From sequence record PQ464590.1: DNA of 64,000 nt, one strand, 5' to 3'. Shown here in pieces: positions 39,024-52,386 of this stretch. The position numbers and the translations under genes were made by a program. The notes below the pieces were generated by a model. The model was not told the DNA's origin, did not search any database, and saw nothing but the letters and a program-made list of their open reading frames with translations. The stretch's first letter is position 1. Each line of letters opens with the position of its first letter.

Positions 39024-40139
39024 TCTCCTTCGTTTCGATGCATGTATAATAGCAAAAGGGCTGCCGATTGGCAACCCTTTTTGTCACTTCTTATCTAAAA
39101 TTTGTACTTCACCGTAGATCTGTACAATTTGTTTATCTTGGTGTTTAAGTACTAGAGCCAAGAAGGACTCTAACGCTTGAACATGGTCTTCAGAGTATTT
39201 TATACGAATAAAGTTATATCCGTTATTGATTGCGTACTCTGTTTTTATTTTATCACGACGAACCAAATCACTGAATGAATCATCTGGATTCCAGACTTTG
39301 TTAATTCTAAAATGTTGCTCGCCATCATACTCTAGAAGTATGTTTTTACTTTTCACATACCGGTCAAAGCGTAGCTTCTTTTTATCCTTACAACCATCAA
39401 ATGTAGCTTCTCTTTTAGATCTACCTAAAATAGTGTCTATGTCCTCAAATTTATAAGACTCCCCAGTTGCACACATAGGACAACCTGCACCCATCTTACC
39501 ATAATGAATTGATGCTTGCTGTAGGAATGAACCGTGAACTGGGCAAATGATTTCTACTTTATTAAATGCACCAGTATATACCGATTTCGAGTAATCATAG
39601 AAGTAATCATGTCTTTTATTTGACATTTCTATGAATTTGTTAGTGTCATACATCTGTGATTGACCACGTTTAATGGTTCCACACTTATTACAACCACGAC
39701 CACGTTGATGGTCATGTGCTATTTGTGTAAATTCACCATGAACCTTACATATTACTGTAATTTGGTTGAACACTCCAGTGTATTTGGTATTACTGTAGTC
39801 GTATGCATCACCATGCATAACACGACATTCCATGATGAATTCATCTTGTGTCTTGGTTTTTTTAAGTGATTTTACTTTATCACCACATTGAGGGCAGCGT
39901 TGACCGAAGCAATGATTAGCTGGAGTCTGTGTAAAATCACCATGTTCAGGGCAAGTTATAATAACTTTTTTGTGCGTGGTTGTATAAACTGATTTAGAAT
40001 AATCATAAAAGTCACCATGTGTAGCTCTTGCATTCTTAATGAACTGCTCCTGAGTAATACGAACACCCATTTTTTGTATATCTCCTTCGTTTCGATGCAT
40101 GTATAATAGCAAAAGGGCTGCCGATTGGCAACCCTTTTT
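39024..40139. mobile_element. endonuclease module flanked by 59-bp identical direct repeats
   Basis: 39024-39082 is identical to 40081-40139 (terminator, promoter and RBS). Confidence 0.7.
39084..40070 (-). CDS. homing-type endonuclease with four Zn-binding (DUF723-like) repeats and a C-terminal PD-(D/E)xK/Vsr-like domain
   Basis: YDYS...Y......V.I.CP.HG.F.Q....H..G..CP.C repeated four times; LRFD...NILLEYDGEQHF...D..K. Confidence 0.8.
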   Translation of the reverse strand: MGVRITQEQFIKNARATHGDFYDYSKSVYTTTHKKVIITCPEHGDFTQTPANHCFGQRCPQCGDKVKSLKKTKTQDEFIMECRVMHGDAYDYSNTKYTGVFNQITVICKVHGEFTQIAHDHQRGRGCNKCGTIKRGQSQMYDTNKFIEMSNKRHDYFYDYSKSVYTGAFNKVEIICPVHGSFLQQASIHYGKMGAGCPMCATGESYKFEDIDTILGRSKREATFDGCKDKKKLRFDRYVKSKNILLEYDGEQHFRINKVWNPDDSFSDLVRRDKIKTEYAINNGYNFIRIKYSEDHVQALESFLALVLKHQDKQIVQIYGEVQILDKK

Positions 40140-42919
40140 ATTCAATAAACATCCTCATACATCCAGTACTGCATTGCTTCAGATAGAAGCTTGTCTGTTT
40201 CTTTACGTGCAAGACGTGCAGGATAGCGATACTTAATCATAAGTTCACGCTTAACCTGGTTCTCAGTTTTACGTTCAAAGTACAGTGCATCTTCTAATTC
40301 ACGGCGAATATAATAACTGATCTTTTTCATCTTATTTCACTCCAATGGCTTGAAGATATTCACGTTCACGTTTGAGGAACTCATGTTGTTCATCAAGTAC
40401 TGCAATGTGTTCAGAGAACATATTTTGTAACTCTTCACAACCTTTCAGTACTTCATTGAGTTCTTCATCTTTCGGTCCAATAAAGTATGCCAGTACTGTA
40501 ACAATTACCAATGCGATGATTGTAGATATTAACATAAGACTTTCCTCTATTGAATCAAATACATTATTGAATCAACTAACCAAGATACAACTGCAATAGC
40601 ACCGAATACAAGGAACAGTACTAATGCGAATGGAAGTAATGTGTTAATAAACAAACCAAGTGCTCCTAGTATAATCGCCCCACATACTCCACCAAGACCA
40701 AATATAAAAATCTTATCAAATAATTCTGAATACATGATGTTCACCTTACATACCCAACGTGATTCTTGCAACTGCATCGAACTGCGTATTCCACAGTTTA
40801 TCGTACGCTTTACCACGAGGGAAAAGATTACGTGCATGTTTATCAGAACCCCATGACGAACGATGCGTCTTGCGTGCACAGTGCTCATCGAAGTTCAGCG
40901 ATACTGTTGAACCAACACCCAGTGGATCTTTCTTGCTGAAATAGATAGACATTATTTCTTCTCCTTTAACTCTTTGATTTGATCCAAGATCTCATCCACT
41001 TTACCTTCTAGACGAGTAATCTTTTCGTCAGTACTTTCAGATTGTGTTTTAACACATTTTTCCAACTCACATGCGAGCATTAACCCAAGCCCCATTGTTC
41101 CCAAAAGTAGCATTACTTCAAACATGTTAACTCCTTAGAATGGATCACAGTGACAGTAGCAAAGGTAATTAGGCATCAAACAACCTTTGCATGTCTCGTA
41201 CTCGTTGGACTTCACAGAGAATACTATCATAGGAGCTTATTCATGTCAAGTACTGTTTGTGGGTGCTTCAGTACTGATACCGCGTCTTCCCATGTTTCAT
41301 GGAATGAAACGTAATCGTCGTTCTCATCCACTACAGCGAACTTAGCATAGGAACCATCAGCCTGGACAGTTGCAGTCCCTTCAGAGTGCTTACGGAGCTT
41401 ATCAAAGCGATCATAACGAGCGATATTCTCAATGATGTTCTGAAGTTCTTTGACCAGAGTCAGTTTAGTTTCAGCAGTGACTTCGATAGTTACTTTCATT
41501 ATTTCCACCATTTAGGACAGATGCATTGATAGTCAAGGAACTTACATTCTTCACATACGTGATTGTAAACCTTCAGTACTTTCATAACATGTCTCTCGCT
41601 CTACGTACGATTGGTGTTAAATCTGACACTACTTTCAGAAAGTATGGATAGTAATCGGACTTCGGAATTGTGCGTTTTTGTGTCAGTTCGCGAATGAAGT
41701 TCACCTTCTCTTTTAAGGTGTACTTCTCATTACTCATCACGGATTGTAGCATAACATCTACTTCTTGTACATACTCACCGTGAATGAATTTTTCGATAAT
41801 CGTTGCAAGTGCAGCACGAAAGTCAGGGTCGATAACACTGAACGAATGTTCCAAGCTATATGCGATCTCTGCAATCTCTTCATCACTTACAGTACTGGGA
41901 ATATTCATTATAGTTCCTCAATAAAATACGCGAGACAAACTGCCAGTAACATAATCAATGCTGTGCATACAGAACAGAACAGCATCATATCTGCGAAATC
42001 ATTCGGATTAGGAGTCATTATACACCTACCGTCACTAGAGTCAAGTTTTCATTTCTACATGTAGACATCAGGAAGCAGATACATGCACGAATAGCATCAG
42101 AATTATCTTTTGCATTGATGGCATCATGTACTACATCAGTTTCCAGATAGAACTCAAAGTAACGATCACGAGAACGAATGATTTTAACATCAGGGAAACA
42201 GCTAATCTTTTCAGACATTTCTTTCATGATACGTTCTTCAGCCAGGCGTACTTCTTCTGACTCTCCACGCTTCCAACCTTCGATTGGACGGAAGTAAAAA
42301 GTCTTAGTACGTTGTGTAGTACGGATACTCATTGGGTTCAGGTCCGCCACATCATCAAGAGATACGAATTTAGTCATGTCTTAATCCTCGTTTGTTTGTG
42401 TCCGTACATAATAACAAGAGGGCTGACCGAAGTCAACCCTTAATATTATTTTTTACTAAATGAACCATTCTTGCCCTGGTCATTTTGAGTTTATTCACCA
42501 GCCGTTCTGTATCAAAACCTCGTGCTGAATGAAGTTCATCTATTGTCTTTTCATATTCTTCTAAACGTTTGATGAACTCATCATAGTTGTTCATATTACA
42601 TCCCAATCAGTAAAGGGCTGACTGAAGTCAGCCCTTGTCTTTTAGTTTTCCAGTACTGTAAATTCTTCGTCCTGGAGTGTTTCAATGAACTGCTGTACGG
42701 CTTCCCCAAACGTATCATCCATCACTCCATCCTCATTTACTTCTAAGTTAGAAATGTAAATGATTGTCAGTTCAGGGTTTGCTGATGGTGGTAGATTGAT
42801 ACAGTATCCAGTTTCTGCACGGAAACCATCAATTACATCATACAAGTCAACCAGCGTTTCACGCTCCGCATTGTGAGTGACCATGATGTTAGTACTTTGT
42901 GTTGTTGTAATACGCATTG

Positions 42920-43234
42920 TTATTCCTCAAGTAGTACGACTTCAGAGTTGTGTGGGAGTTTGTCCAGATCGTCAATGTAACCGTCTGTGAGAACGTACGT
43001 GTAATCGTACTTGTTCACCTCTTCGAGTACTGGACGAAGTGAAGTACCAGCACCGCCAACAAAGTTACCAGAACGAAGCTGTTCGATTGAAATGAAATCA
43101 ATCCATGCCAGGTCGAACGTGCGAATGAATACCACTGCACCAGCAGGAATCTTAGCGTGCAATTCTTCAACTTTACGTGCAACTTCTTGCAGATTGATAG
43201 AACCACTTACGTCTAATGCGATTAGTACTTTCAT
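42920..43234 (-). CDS. small stand-alone vWA (MIDAS) domain protein
   Basis: LDVSGS, TFD, GGAGT, LTDG. Confidence 0.75.
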   Translation of the reverse strand: MKVLIALDVSGSINLQEVARKVEELHAKIPAGAVVFIRTFDLAWIDFISIEQLRSGNFVGGAGTSLRPVLEEVNKYDYTYVLTDGYIDDLDKLPHNSEVVLLEE

Positions 43235-43249
43235 TTTGTATTCCCCGAA

Positions 43250-43672
43250 TTACTTACCGTTATACAACGCGTTCAGTAGCCAGTTTTTGGTTTGTTTAGT
43301 ACTTGGTTTATCTAGTGATTCCAGTACATCTTGCACCACCCATGCAGCAGTCAGTGGGTTACTAATAGAACGGATAATATCCAAAGCGTCGGTGTTTTTG
43401 TTATCAATGAACTTATCCAGTACTGCAAATGCTAGTTCTTCATTCACTTCAGCTTGTGATTTGCGTTTTACTGGTTTAATTTCAGCACCCCAATCATCTT
43501 CAGTACGTTCACCAGAGTACGGATGAATACCGAAGTGGATTTTACGAGTTACCACTACACCATGACCGCAACATTCAGTACTGGCAAGTGATGAACCACC
43601 ATATGTTTCTACGTTAGCGAATACACAATCGGCAATTTTAAATTCTTCATTACAATGTGGGCATTTAGACAT
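43250..43672 (-). CDS. Zn-finger-containing hypothetical protein
   Basis: CPHC ... CCGH at the N-terminus. Confidence 0.55.
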   Translation of the reverse strand: MSKCPHCNEEFKIADCVFANVETYGGSSLASTECCGHGVVVTRKIHFGIHPYSGERTEDDWGAEIKPVKRKSQAEVNEELAFAVLDKFIDNKNTDALDIIRSISNPLTAAWVVQDVLESLDKPSTKQTKNWLLNALYNGK

Positions 43673-44847
43673 GATTTAATCCTCGTTTGTTTGTGTTCGT
43701 ACATAATACAAAAAGGGCTGACCGAAGTCAACCCTTTTCTTTTATTTTTTCACTTCAATTAGTTCTTTGATTCTTTCGGACCAACGTTTCATGAATCCTT
43801 TACTGTAGCATTCGTACACCCAAACCCATGAACAGAACATAGTGTAGTACATGATACCTTGACCTACCTGAATCCATAATGAATTCGGATCGATATCATC
43901 AGGGGTATCATGAGTTAGTGCAACACACAGAATCAGAATCACAATAGCAATGATCCCAGTAATCACATTGGCTATCCACTTCGATTCAAACGGATTCAAA
44001 TTCAAGAAATCAGTAATCTTATTGTCGTGGATTGACTCTAAGATAGTTCCAATTGTGAACAGAATACCGATGAAAAACATTGGTAGAGCTAAAAAATCCA
44101 TCATGTTCATTATTCTTCATCCTTACGTTTTGCTGGTGGTACGGAACGTTCAAACTTCCAGGCCACATCTTTATTCAATGACCAAATGAGAGCAAGTACC
44201 CATAATACGACCATCTGACTAAGTGCCAGATGTACACTAACATCCGATAACATACTCATAGTGAATCCACCAATCATGATAAGACAGTTGATGAACGCTA
44301 ATTTGTTGTGCTTACGAATCACAGCAATGATTACTGGAATAAAACACACAACAAGACTAAAAATAAGAATCCAAATCTCTAACATCAAAACTCTCCTATA
44401 GAAGTAATTTCACAATCACCAGGGAACAGTACTCCATTCAGTTCTACAGACATTGAACAGTACTTACGACCATCAGCATACAGGCCAGTACGAACAGAGT
44501 GCAGATCAGGCATCTCAATTGGCTTAGGTTCAGGGGCAGCCGTGCTCATCACCAACATCAGTAACATACTATTCATTACTTCTCCACTACTGTAAAGTTA
44601 GCTTTCATAGCCATTTCAATCATATCTTCAGTACAGCACATGATTGCATGTGTTAGTGTATTACAATCCCAGTTCTCATGGAGAACGATGAACTTCATAT
44701 TGAAGTTCGGATCAACACGAATAGTTAGTTCAGGATACTTGTCACGTAGAGTATGAAGGATGACACGCTCTAACTGGAATGTATCATCACCATCCCAACC
44801 AGTGTTTGGTTGAAAGCGAACGATACATTCTTGTGTTGTTTTTATAT

Positions 44848-45558
44848 TCATACCATTACCTCAAAATCTGGATCAGCTTCAGTTATTGGGATCTCACGGC
44901 GGAGGTCGTTAGCCAGTGGATCAGTGATAATTACCTTCTGGTCAACCGTGAGCATGATGTTGCCACGATGCACATCTAAGCGATGCGTATCTTTGAAGGT
45001 ATCATAGATTGCCTTGGCTAGCATAACATACTCTCTCATTTCATTCAAGTACTTATCACGCTTAGGCTTTCTCATACCACGTGTATTCATATTGTTCTTT
45101 AGCTGATAGTCAATCATATCAATACTGTACGATGCGTGCTGGATGATATTTACAATGTCACCAATTTTTGGTGTTGGGAACTCACAATAACCAAAGCCAT
45201 GTTGTGCCCATTTTGCACATGGATAATACTTCTCAAGTTCGTACCATGCGAAGTTACCTTGTTCCATCGCACTATACACGTTAGGGATTAAAGGCTCTCC
45301 AGCGTGCTCTATGCAATACTTAGCGTACGCCCTGTACCCATCCCAGCGTGAAGTACTGACCTTGAATACGCGGCCTGGATGCTCTTCATGCTCTACTACC
45401 ACGGAGTACATACCGATACCCAGGACGGTTAAGCCAGTATTCTTTAAACCAGAGTTTATTGCTTCCTGTGCGTTCTTCGTTGAGAACTCCATATCAGTAC
45501 GGATAGTTTCTGATTTCAGGACGTTGATTAATGTTTTGAAGATTTCATAACTGGTCAT
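44848..45558 (-). CDS. T7 gp0.7-like Ser/Thr protein kinase domain
   Basis: LGIGMYSVV..H..HPGRVFKV, IPNVY, DVHRGNIM, IITDP match the T7-kinase pattern as recalled. Confidence 0.8.
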   Translation of the reverse strand: MTSYEIFKTLINVLKSETIRTDMEFSTKNAQEAINSGLKNTGLTVLGIGMYSVVVEHEEHPGRVFKVSTSRWDGYRAYAKYCIEHAGEPLIPNVYSAMEQGNFAWYELEKYYPCAKWAQHGFGYCEFPTPKIGDIVNIIQHASYSIDMIDYQLKNNMNTRGMRKPKRDKYLNEMREYVMLAKAIYDTFKDTHRLDVHRGNIMLTVDQKVIITDPLANDLRREIPITEADPDFEVMV

Positions 45559-47402
45559 AACAGTTCTCCTTAATGTGTCTGTATATAATACAAAAAGGGC
45601 TGACCGAAGTCAACCCTTTTCTTTAACCGAGCATCCCTTTATATTTCAGGATGTAGTAATCAATCACAAATACCCAGTACAATAAACACATGACATTAGT
45701 TATACAGTACCACAGTACTACGGCTGGATGGTTTACCGGTACACCAGCCAGCAAACCCGCAGTGGTACAGAAGAAGCTTATTAGCATTGCTACAGTTACA
45801 CTACAGTTATAGGCTTGTGACCATTCACTGAACTTGTTCATGTATTTGTTTGTTTTATACATGTAATACAGTGAATGAAAATATGAAATAACTAAGGTAC
45901 TAACTAATGCTACAATAGTTAATACAGGTACAACCCAGAATGCCAGTACTAACCAGTTAGGGATTGAAAACATTTAAATCTCCTTAGTCACAAATACCAA
46001 TAGACATTTCAGAACCTTCGATAACATGCAGTTTAGTACTAGCAGTGTTACTATTCTTGTTTGTTACTACAGATATCAATACTATCGCACCGTTTGAATC
46101 CTGTAGCCACGTTGAATGGATGTTCGTATCAGGATCATTAAACTCTTCAACACGAATTTCATGAAATGGCATTTCATTCAGAAGTATAGCACTATCACCG
46201 TAAGGTTCAATGAAGTACTTGTTCTGTCCTTCATCGACACACGTCATAGCCGATGCGAATGGTGAACAGAGTGCCAGTACTATGGCAAATATAATGTGTT
46301 TCATATATTCTCCTGTCGTTTAATTACGTACATAATAAAGAAAAGGTTGACCGAAGTCAACCTTTATTTTCTTATTCTTTATTCTTGCTCTTCTTATGAT
46401 TTTTCTGTCTTGTGAACTTGAAGTGACCTTGTTTATTCAACCACATGCAGAGCCAGATTGTGGCGATGAACTTCAGTGTCCAGAATGCTTCGGCGTTATG
46501 CCATGCATCAACTTCGTAGTTATGCAGATAAACAAGTGAAGCAAGGAACCACAAACACACCACACCGTCCACGATACCGAGTAGTCCATCCAAGCAGTGC
46601 TCTTTGTTCAGCTTCGTATTCACTTCCTGACGCTCATCTTTCGAAGCCTGGAAGGTAGGGATTGCTACCTTTGTTACCTGAACGAAACACATGAAGGCCA
46701 GTGGTAGGATCGATAGTGCTGAAATAATATTCGACATTAGAAGTTCCTTAGATTTTTTAGAGATTTTAGTTTATCAAATACCAGTACTGCTAGCCATGAA
46801 TAGCCTAGTACTGCAAGTACATGTCCAGAAATCAGTTTTAGGTGCATCTTGATAATGGTAGGATCTTGTACTAAGTCCTCTCCAATCATCGCCAAAATAA
46901 ACGCTGCACTAAGATAAACGTACACTTGGTTTATCTTACCATCTAGACACCAGAACTTCAATCTGGTATCAAGAATGTATTGACGGTCTTTCGGTTCGTA
47001 CAGTACCAGATGAAATATCAGGATAATGTACATCATACACATGCTTAGGTACGGAATCGTGAACCAGATGTTAGAGGACATTAGCAGCCTCTTCTTCAGT
47101 CATGGTAGCAGTGATGCACAGTACTGAGGAACATGCAAAGAATACTGTGAGGGTAGCAATACCCCAGATGGTATTCATGTCCATGCCACCCAGTGGAGTA
47201 CCTGGAGTATTGTACGCCACGATACCCAGTACTGCGTTCAGTACGATGGTAGGCAGTGCAGTGCGTGGTTCGACCATAGTGCGAACGATTGCAGGAGTCA
47301 TCAGAATCATGAACACAGCCAGAACTTCAGAAACGTACAGTGCGTATTGCATATTAGTATCCTTGTATTGAATTAGGTTATTTTGCTAAATGGTGTTTCT
47401 TG

Positions 47403-48053
47403 TCACTGAACACAGTATACATGGAACGTTACGATCTTGTCAATATGTTTATCATCATAAAAATATTCGTGCTGCGGATTCTTTGTACCGATGTATTTGC
47501 CGTTCTTATGCCAACGGAAACCACCACTTGAACTTTGCTTTTCACGATTCAACTCACGTAACGCAATCACTACTTTGTTCTTCGGATTACCAATGACTGC
47601 ATGGTAGTACCCTACAATCTGCTCAATGCTATCAGCAATACCATATGCACCCGTTTGAAAGTGATGCCACTGCTGTTCATCAGGAACTTCTTCATCAAGC
47701 TTTTCCCAACCTAAGTTGAACTGGCGTTGCATCTCATCACGAGTCATGTACTCACCTGTACCTAAGTTAAAGGTCAAGTACGGATCGATGCATGGTGTAG
47801 TACTCATCTCATCGAGTACATGTTCCATATCATTAGCGTAGTACAGCCCAGTACTGTAACGTAATGTATGGGATAGATCGAAGTCCAGATTGATGTTGTG
47901 CTCTTTAATGAAAGGATGGTCTGGATTCACAGTTGTACGTAGAATCTGATACTCTTTACCTTCGTACGTGTGTGGTCTGTAACCACTAATGAAACCACGC
48001 TCTTCAGCTTGTTCTTTTAACTTCTGCTCATCAAGTACGAAATCGTATAACAT
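47403..48053 (-). CDS. conserved phage hypothetical protein (GGFRWHKNGKYIG motif)
   Basis: Start reassigned to MLYDFV; promoter ~48084-48112. Confidence 0.7.
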   Translation of the reverse strand: MLYDFVLDEQKLKEQAEERGFISGYRPHTYEGKEYQILRTTVNPDHPFIKEHNINLDFDLSHTLRYSTGLYYANDMEHVLDEMSTTPCIDPYLTFNLGTGEYMTRDEMQRQFNLGWEKLDEEVPDEQQWHHFQTGAYGIADSIEQIVGYYHAVIGNPKNKVVIALRELNREKQSSSGGFRWHKNGKYIGTKNPQHEYFYDDKHIDKIVTFHVYCVQ

Positions 48054-51000
48054 TTCAGAACCCTCTCGTTTAATGTATGCCAGTATTATAACAGTACTGG
48101 CATTATTGTCAATCACCGTTCACGATATTTTTGATCTCTTCCAGACGAGGATAAGCTTCAATCACAACGGCCTCAATCGCTTGCATGATGTCGCCATTAT
48201 GTTTGCGGTACACGAGCGGCTCGCCGTACAGTACACCATCGTACTGACGATCTATCTCTACTGATACGGACACACACCATGAATCAACCAAGATGGTTGC
48301 TCCAGCTTGCACAATCTCTTCTGCCATTTTACTAATAGTCATGTTATCTCCAAATAGAAACGGGTACTCATTGAGTACCCATTATTGTTACTGGCAAATA
48401 CCTTCTTCAAGGATATTCATCTGACTGTTACGGATCTGATAAACAACACCGTCAGTACTTTGAGCCATAGCTAGCATTTTACCGGCTTTGTTACCCTGGA
48501 ACACGTACACTTCAGTACCGTCATCGAGTGATCCAGTTTTGACGAAGGTGAAGATTACGCTACCAAATTGCAACTTAGACCCAGAAGAGTACACGCGATG
48601 TTGTGTACCATCTGCACGCTGACACTGTAGAACATCAGCGGCTGCTGTACCAGATACCAGTGCAGAAACTGCCAGTACTGCACCGATCACTAAACGTTTC
48701 ATTTTGAACCCCTTATTCTTTGATGATACCCATAATTTCGTCGAACTTTTCACCAATACTTTTGGTGGCAGAATCAACACAAGTTCCTGCGGTTACTGGA
48801 GTTTCGTACACTACTTTACCAGCGTAGAAACCTGCACCTAAACCAATTACTAATGCTAAAACATACGGCATATTTTAAATCTCCTAAAGGATTACGTAAA
48901 TTGCAGAGAAGTATACCATCACGAATGTCAGAAAGCAAGCTGATGGTGCTAGTATTTCTAAAATATCCAGTACTGAATATTTCATTACGCGTACACACCA
49001 GCCATGATGTCATTGATGACCTGCTCTACACTCGCGGGTACGTAGAACTCTTTGTTCGTTTCGAGGTTATGAATGTAGATCTCTTGCAGACAACCACCAC
49101 TTTCAACCGATCCACCAGTACTAACTGATACACGATAACCGTTCAGATTGAAGATGAACGCAGCATCAACTGGTTTCATGAAGGTATCTGGACGTTTAGT
49201 GCTCAGAGAGATGATGGTGAAGCCTTGGATATTCAGTTCATGTGACATAGTTTAATCCTCTTTGTTAGTTAAGGGTGACGGGAGAGGGATTGTAACCCCC
49301 AAAGACATCCAGCATTACCTGTTTAGATGCTGCTTTTTAACTTTTAAGCTACCCCGTCTTGTTGAAGCTAGTATCTCAGAAACCGTCAAACTCGTCAAGC
49401 ATTATTTTACTCTTTTTTAGTAGCAGAACCACGCACGACACGCAGGGCATTTTACACCACCACCTGGAGCACAAGCAGTGTCTGGATGTAAACAGTACTT
49501 CTCGCCACTGTACAGTTCGTTGTTCGCTTCGTATACTTTATTGATTTTCTCGAAACCAATAACCTGATGACCGTATCCGTCAGTAAGACTAACGTACTCG
49601 CAGTTGTCTTTGCGAATACGATTCACAAAGTTCACGCCATCACGAACATTGTCGTACTGTTGGAGTGAGGATTTCGGATAGTCTTTCATCTTGTAGTTGA
49701 TTGATACAACACTCATTTTACTTCTCCTTCACTGCACAAACAAATGCCCACTCTGAATTGGTTAGTAATGCGATCTTACCTTTGGAAGTTATAAGGTAAA
49801 TGTCTTCCCCGCTATAATCCAATTTGTCATAGCTAACATCGTATTTTTTATACTTAGTGAACGCCGCCTTAAATCCAGCGTCCAGTACTTTGTTTAGGAA
49901 ATCACGTACCTTTGTATTTTTATAAAATACAGTACGTTCAATAGTAACTTCACTAAGATCACGCCACTTCTCATCACCTAGTAGGTCATGCACATTCACA
50001 GGTTGTTCTCCTTCATGAATTTTTCAGCTTTATAGTTGAAACAGTAGTTCACATTAGCAGGGAACCCCATGTTACTCAGGATGGTATTCAGACGCTGTGC
50101 AGCATCATCTTCACCACATGCCCAGAAACCAGGAAGACCCAAGAACTCACACCAGTACGCACGACCATAATCGTCAATGTCAGCAGGGCAAGTCTCATCG
50201 GACTCTACCCAACGAGCCATACCATAACCGCTCATGTTGTCTTTGTACAGTACTAAATCATCCATGCAATCGCAGTTCGCTTCCAGGTCGCATTCACATG
50301 CAGATACATCAGTGCGGATAACGTAGTGAGGGATGATAGATTTGATATTTTTGATGTTCATTTGTATTTCCTCTTAAACGGTGGGGAGACATTCCCCACT
50401 TGATGTAATCAGTATAACAGACTATTCAGTACTGTCAACTATTTTAGAACGCGTGACAACGACAGTCTACTAATTCTTCGCGACAATCGAAGCAGGTGCT
50501 TTCAACCTCATGATGTTCTGCGTTGTCAACATCACCGACGCGACATTCATCAGTCGGACCAAAGGTGATAGTGAGTAGTTCATGGTTCTTAGTACACCAC
50601 AACCCAATAGTTTTGAATGGTCCATCTTCACTGAACTGCACTACAAAACCTTCAACACGTTTCTTGATAGATTCGAGTTGGCGTTTGAACTCAACGAATA
50701 CTTCTCCCTTACTGAAGCGTAGGGAATCAGTGAAATCTTCCAGGTGCTTACCGATATGGGCATCGCGTGGTAGCTGGATGTAGTTACGATTCAGTACTTT
50801 AGCGTTATGTTCTGCTTCTACCAGGGCTGCATCTAATTCAATACGAGTCATCTTTTATCCTCTGTGTTGTTGTTGGTGCTGATTATACATTACTGTTCAG
50901 CAGTGTCAAGCTCTTCTGGAACTTTTCTTAGAGCCACGTCCATACTCAATAATATGAACACCATGTACAGAAGAACATTCAGTACAGTAGGCGAGTCCAT

Positions 51001-51152
51001 CAATGTAAAGAACGATGTCAGTATTGCATTCGTCCCACACAATGCCGCACACAGTACACGTAATCCCGATGAGCTACGGCTATTAGCGAATGCAACACCG
51101 AGTGGGACAAACATTACTAACAAGCCAACGATGAATAACGATACGAAATGCA

Positions 51153-51995
51153 TTATTTGAATCCTCTTGTTCTTGACATGTCACGTCCAGGACGCATGAA
51201 GGTAGTACTGAATAGGCCAGCTTCTTCTGTCAGGTGTGGGTGTTCATCGAAAATATCACACCAGATGCAAGATACCGTGTCGTATTCTATCACTCCCTTG
51301 CGGTACAAGTCAAGTGCATCCTTCCAATAAATTTTATCCGAAAGGTGCACAAGGTCTTTCCCTAATGATGCAACGGGTGCATCAATCAGGTATTCACTCT
51401 TCGAGATCCAGCAATCACCAGGATATGGCAACCGCAATTCTTTTAGCATCTCATCAGGTAAACAAATAGGAGTGTAGTCGGGTATTTCTCCTATACTAAC
51501 TGCGAGATGGTTAGTATCTTTCAAGTACTGGAACAAACTATCTTGACCAATACGATTGTCGTTCAGTATGTGCCAGTCAACAATGTCATACGATACGTTG
51601 ATGGTATTCAGATTGATTATACCCTTCTGTGCTAAAGCAAGTTCAAAGTACTGGTAACATCCCTTATCACGTAGACGCTGGAAGAATCCGAAGTTCTTTT
51701 GGATGAACTCAACAGTACACCACTCGTCCACTATCTCGCGAAGGATTAGGTCTTTGAAGTGATTGGTAGTGCCATTACCTAAAGCACGTTTGATGACCTT
51801 CAGTGCTAAACTATTTTCAATATCAGTGCACGGAATGTTTTCAAAAACTTTATCCATATCACTAACATGTAATAGTAGATCATGTCTCAATTCACGGTAC
51901 TGAGAATTAGGAACGGACGCCCACTCTAATTCTTTCAGTTCGTTTTCGGTTAGTTCATTTACGTGCTTGTTTACAGTTTTAATCAAGCGTAGCAT
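51153..51995 (-). CDS. hypothetical protein
   Basis: 280-aa ORF with AAGG RBS. Confidence 0.7.
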   Translation of the reverse strand: MLRLIKTVNKHVNELTENELKELEWASVPNSQYRELRHDLLLHVSDMDKVFENIPCTDIENSLALKVIKRALGNGTTNHFKDLILREIVDEWCTVEFIQKNFGFFQRLRDKGCYQYFELALAQKGIINLNTINVSYDIVDWHILNDNRIGQDSLFQYLKDTNHLAVSIGEIPDYTPICLPDEMLKELRLPYPGDCWISKSEYLIDAPVASLGKDLVHLSDKIYWKDALDLYRKGVIEYDTVSCIWCDIFDEHPHLTEEAGLFSTTFMRPGRDMSRTRGFK

Positions 51996-52013
51996 AATTA
52001 TTACCTTATTTTG

Positions 52014-52328
52014 TTATATTAGGGTATTACAGTACTTAATTAATTTGTCCAAAAATATATATCTATCTCTTCCGTACTTAGTGTTTTTGTCCCATTTATC
52101 CATATTACCTAAGAACGCGTCACGAGTTCCCTCGATTGGATAAGGATTGTACTTACCAAACAAATGGTGCATAGCATCATTCATGAATGCACCAGTATTG
52201 CTAGATCTTGGTGTACTTAGTAACAGGTTAACACATATTCCGTAACCCACATGTTCTACTTCCCCGTTCTTTAATTTCATTAAAGAATCAAGAATGTGTT
52301 TGGGATTGTAATAACGTTTATCATCCAT
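52014..52328 (-). CDS. GIC/YPxEG paralog family protein
   Basis: See paralog finding. Confidence 0.7.
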   Translation of the reverse strand: MDDKRYYNPKHILDSLMKLKNGEVEHVGYGICVNLLLSTPRSSNTGAFMNDAMHHLFGKYNPYPIEGTRDAFLGNMDKWDKNTKYGRDRYIFLDKLIKYCNTLI

Positions 52329-52386
52329 ATAAACTCCTTTATTATGTTACAAAGTATTTACATACAGAATATGTTTTGCTCACATA

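Noticed and set aside
38248-43234. MoxR-vWA chaperone pair
   Set aside because: The ATPase lacks recognisable MoxR motifs and lies ~4 kb from the vWA gene.
26786-44139. Plus-strand Chi sites at 26786, 30549, 32711, 33308 and 44132
   Set aside because: Four lie in Gly-rich plus-strand genes, where codon content (for example GCT-GGT-GG, Ala-Gly-Gly) can explain them; none is intergenic.
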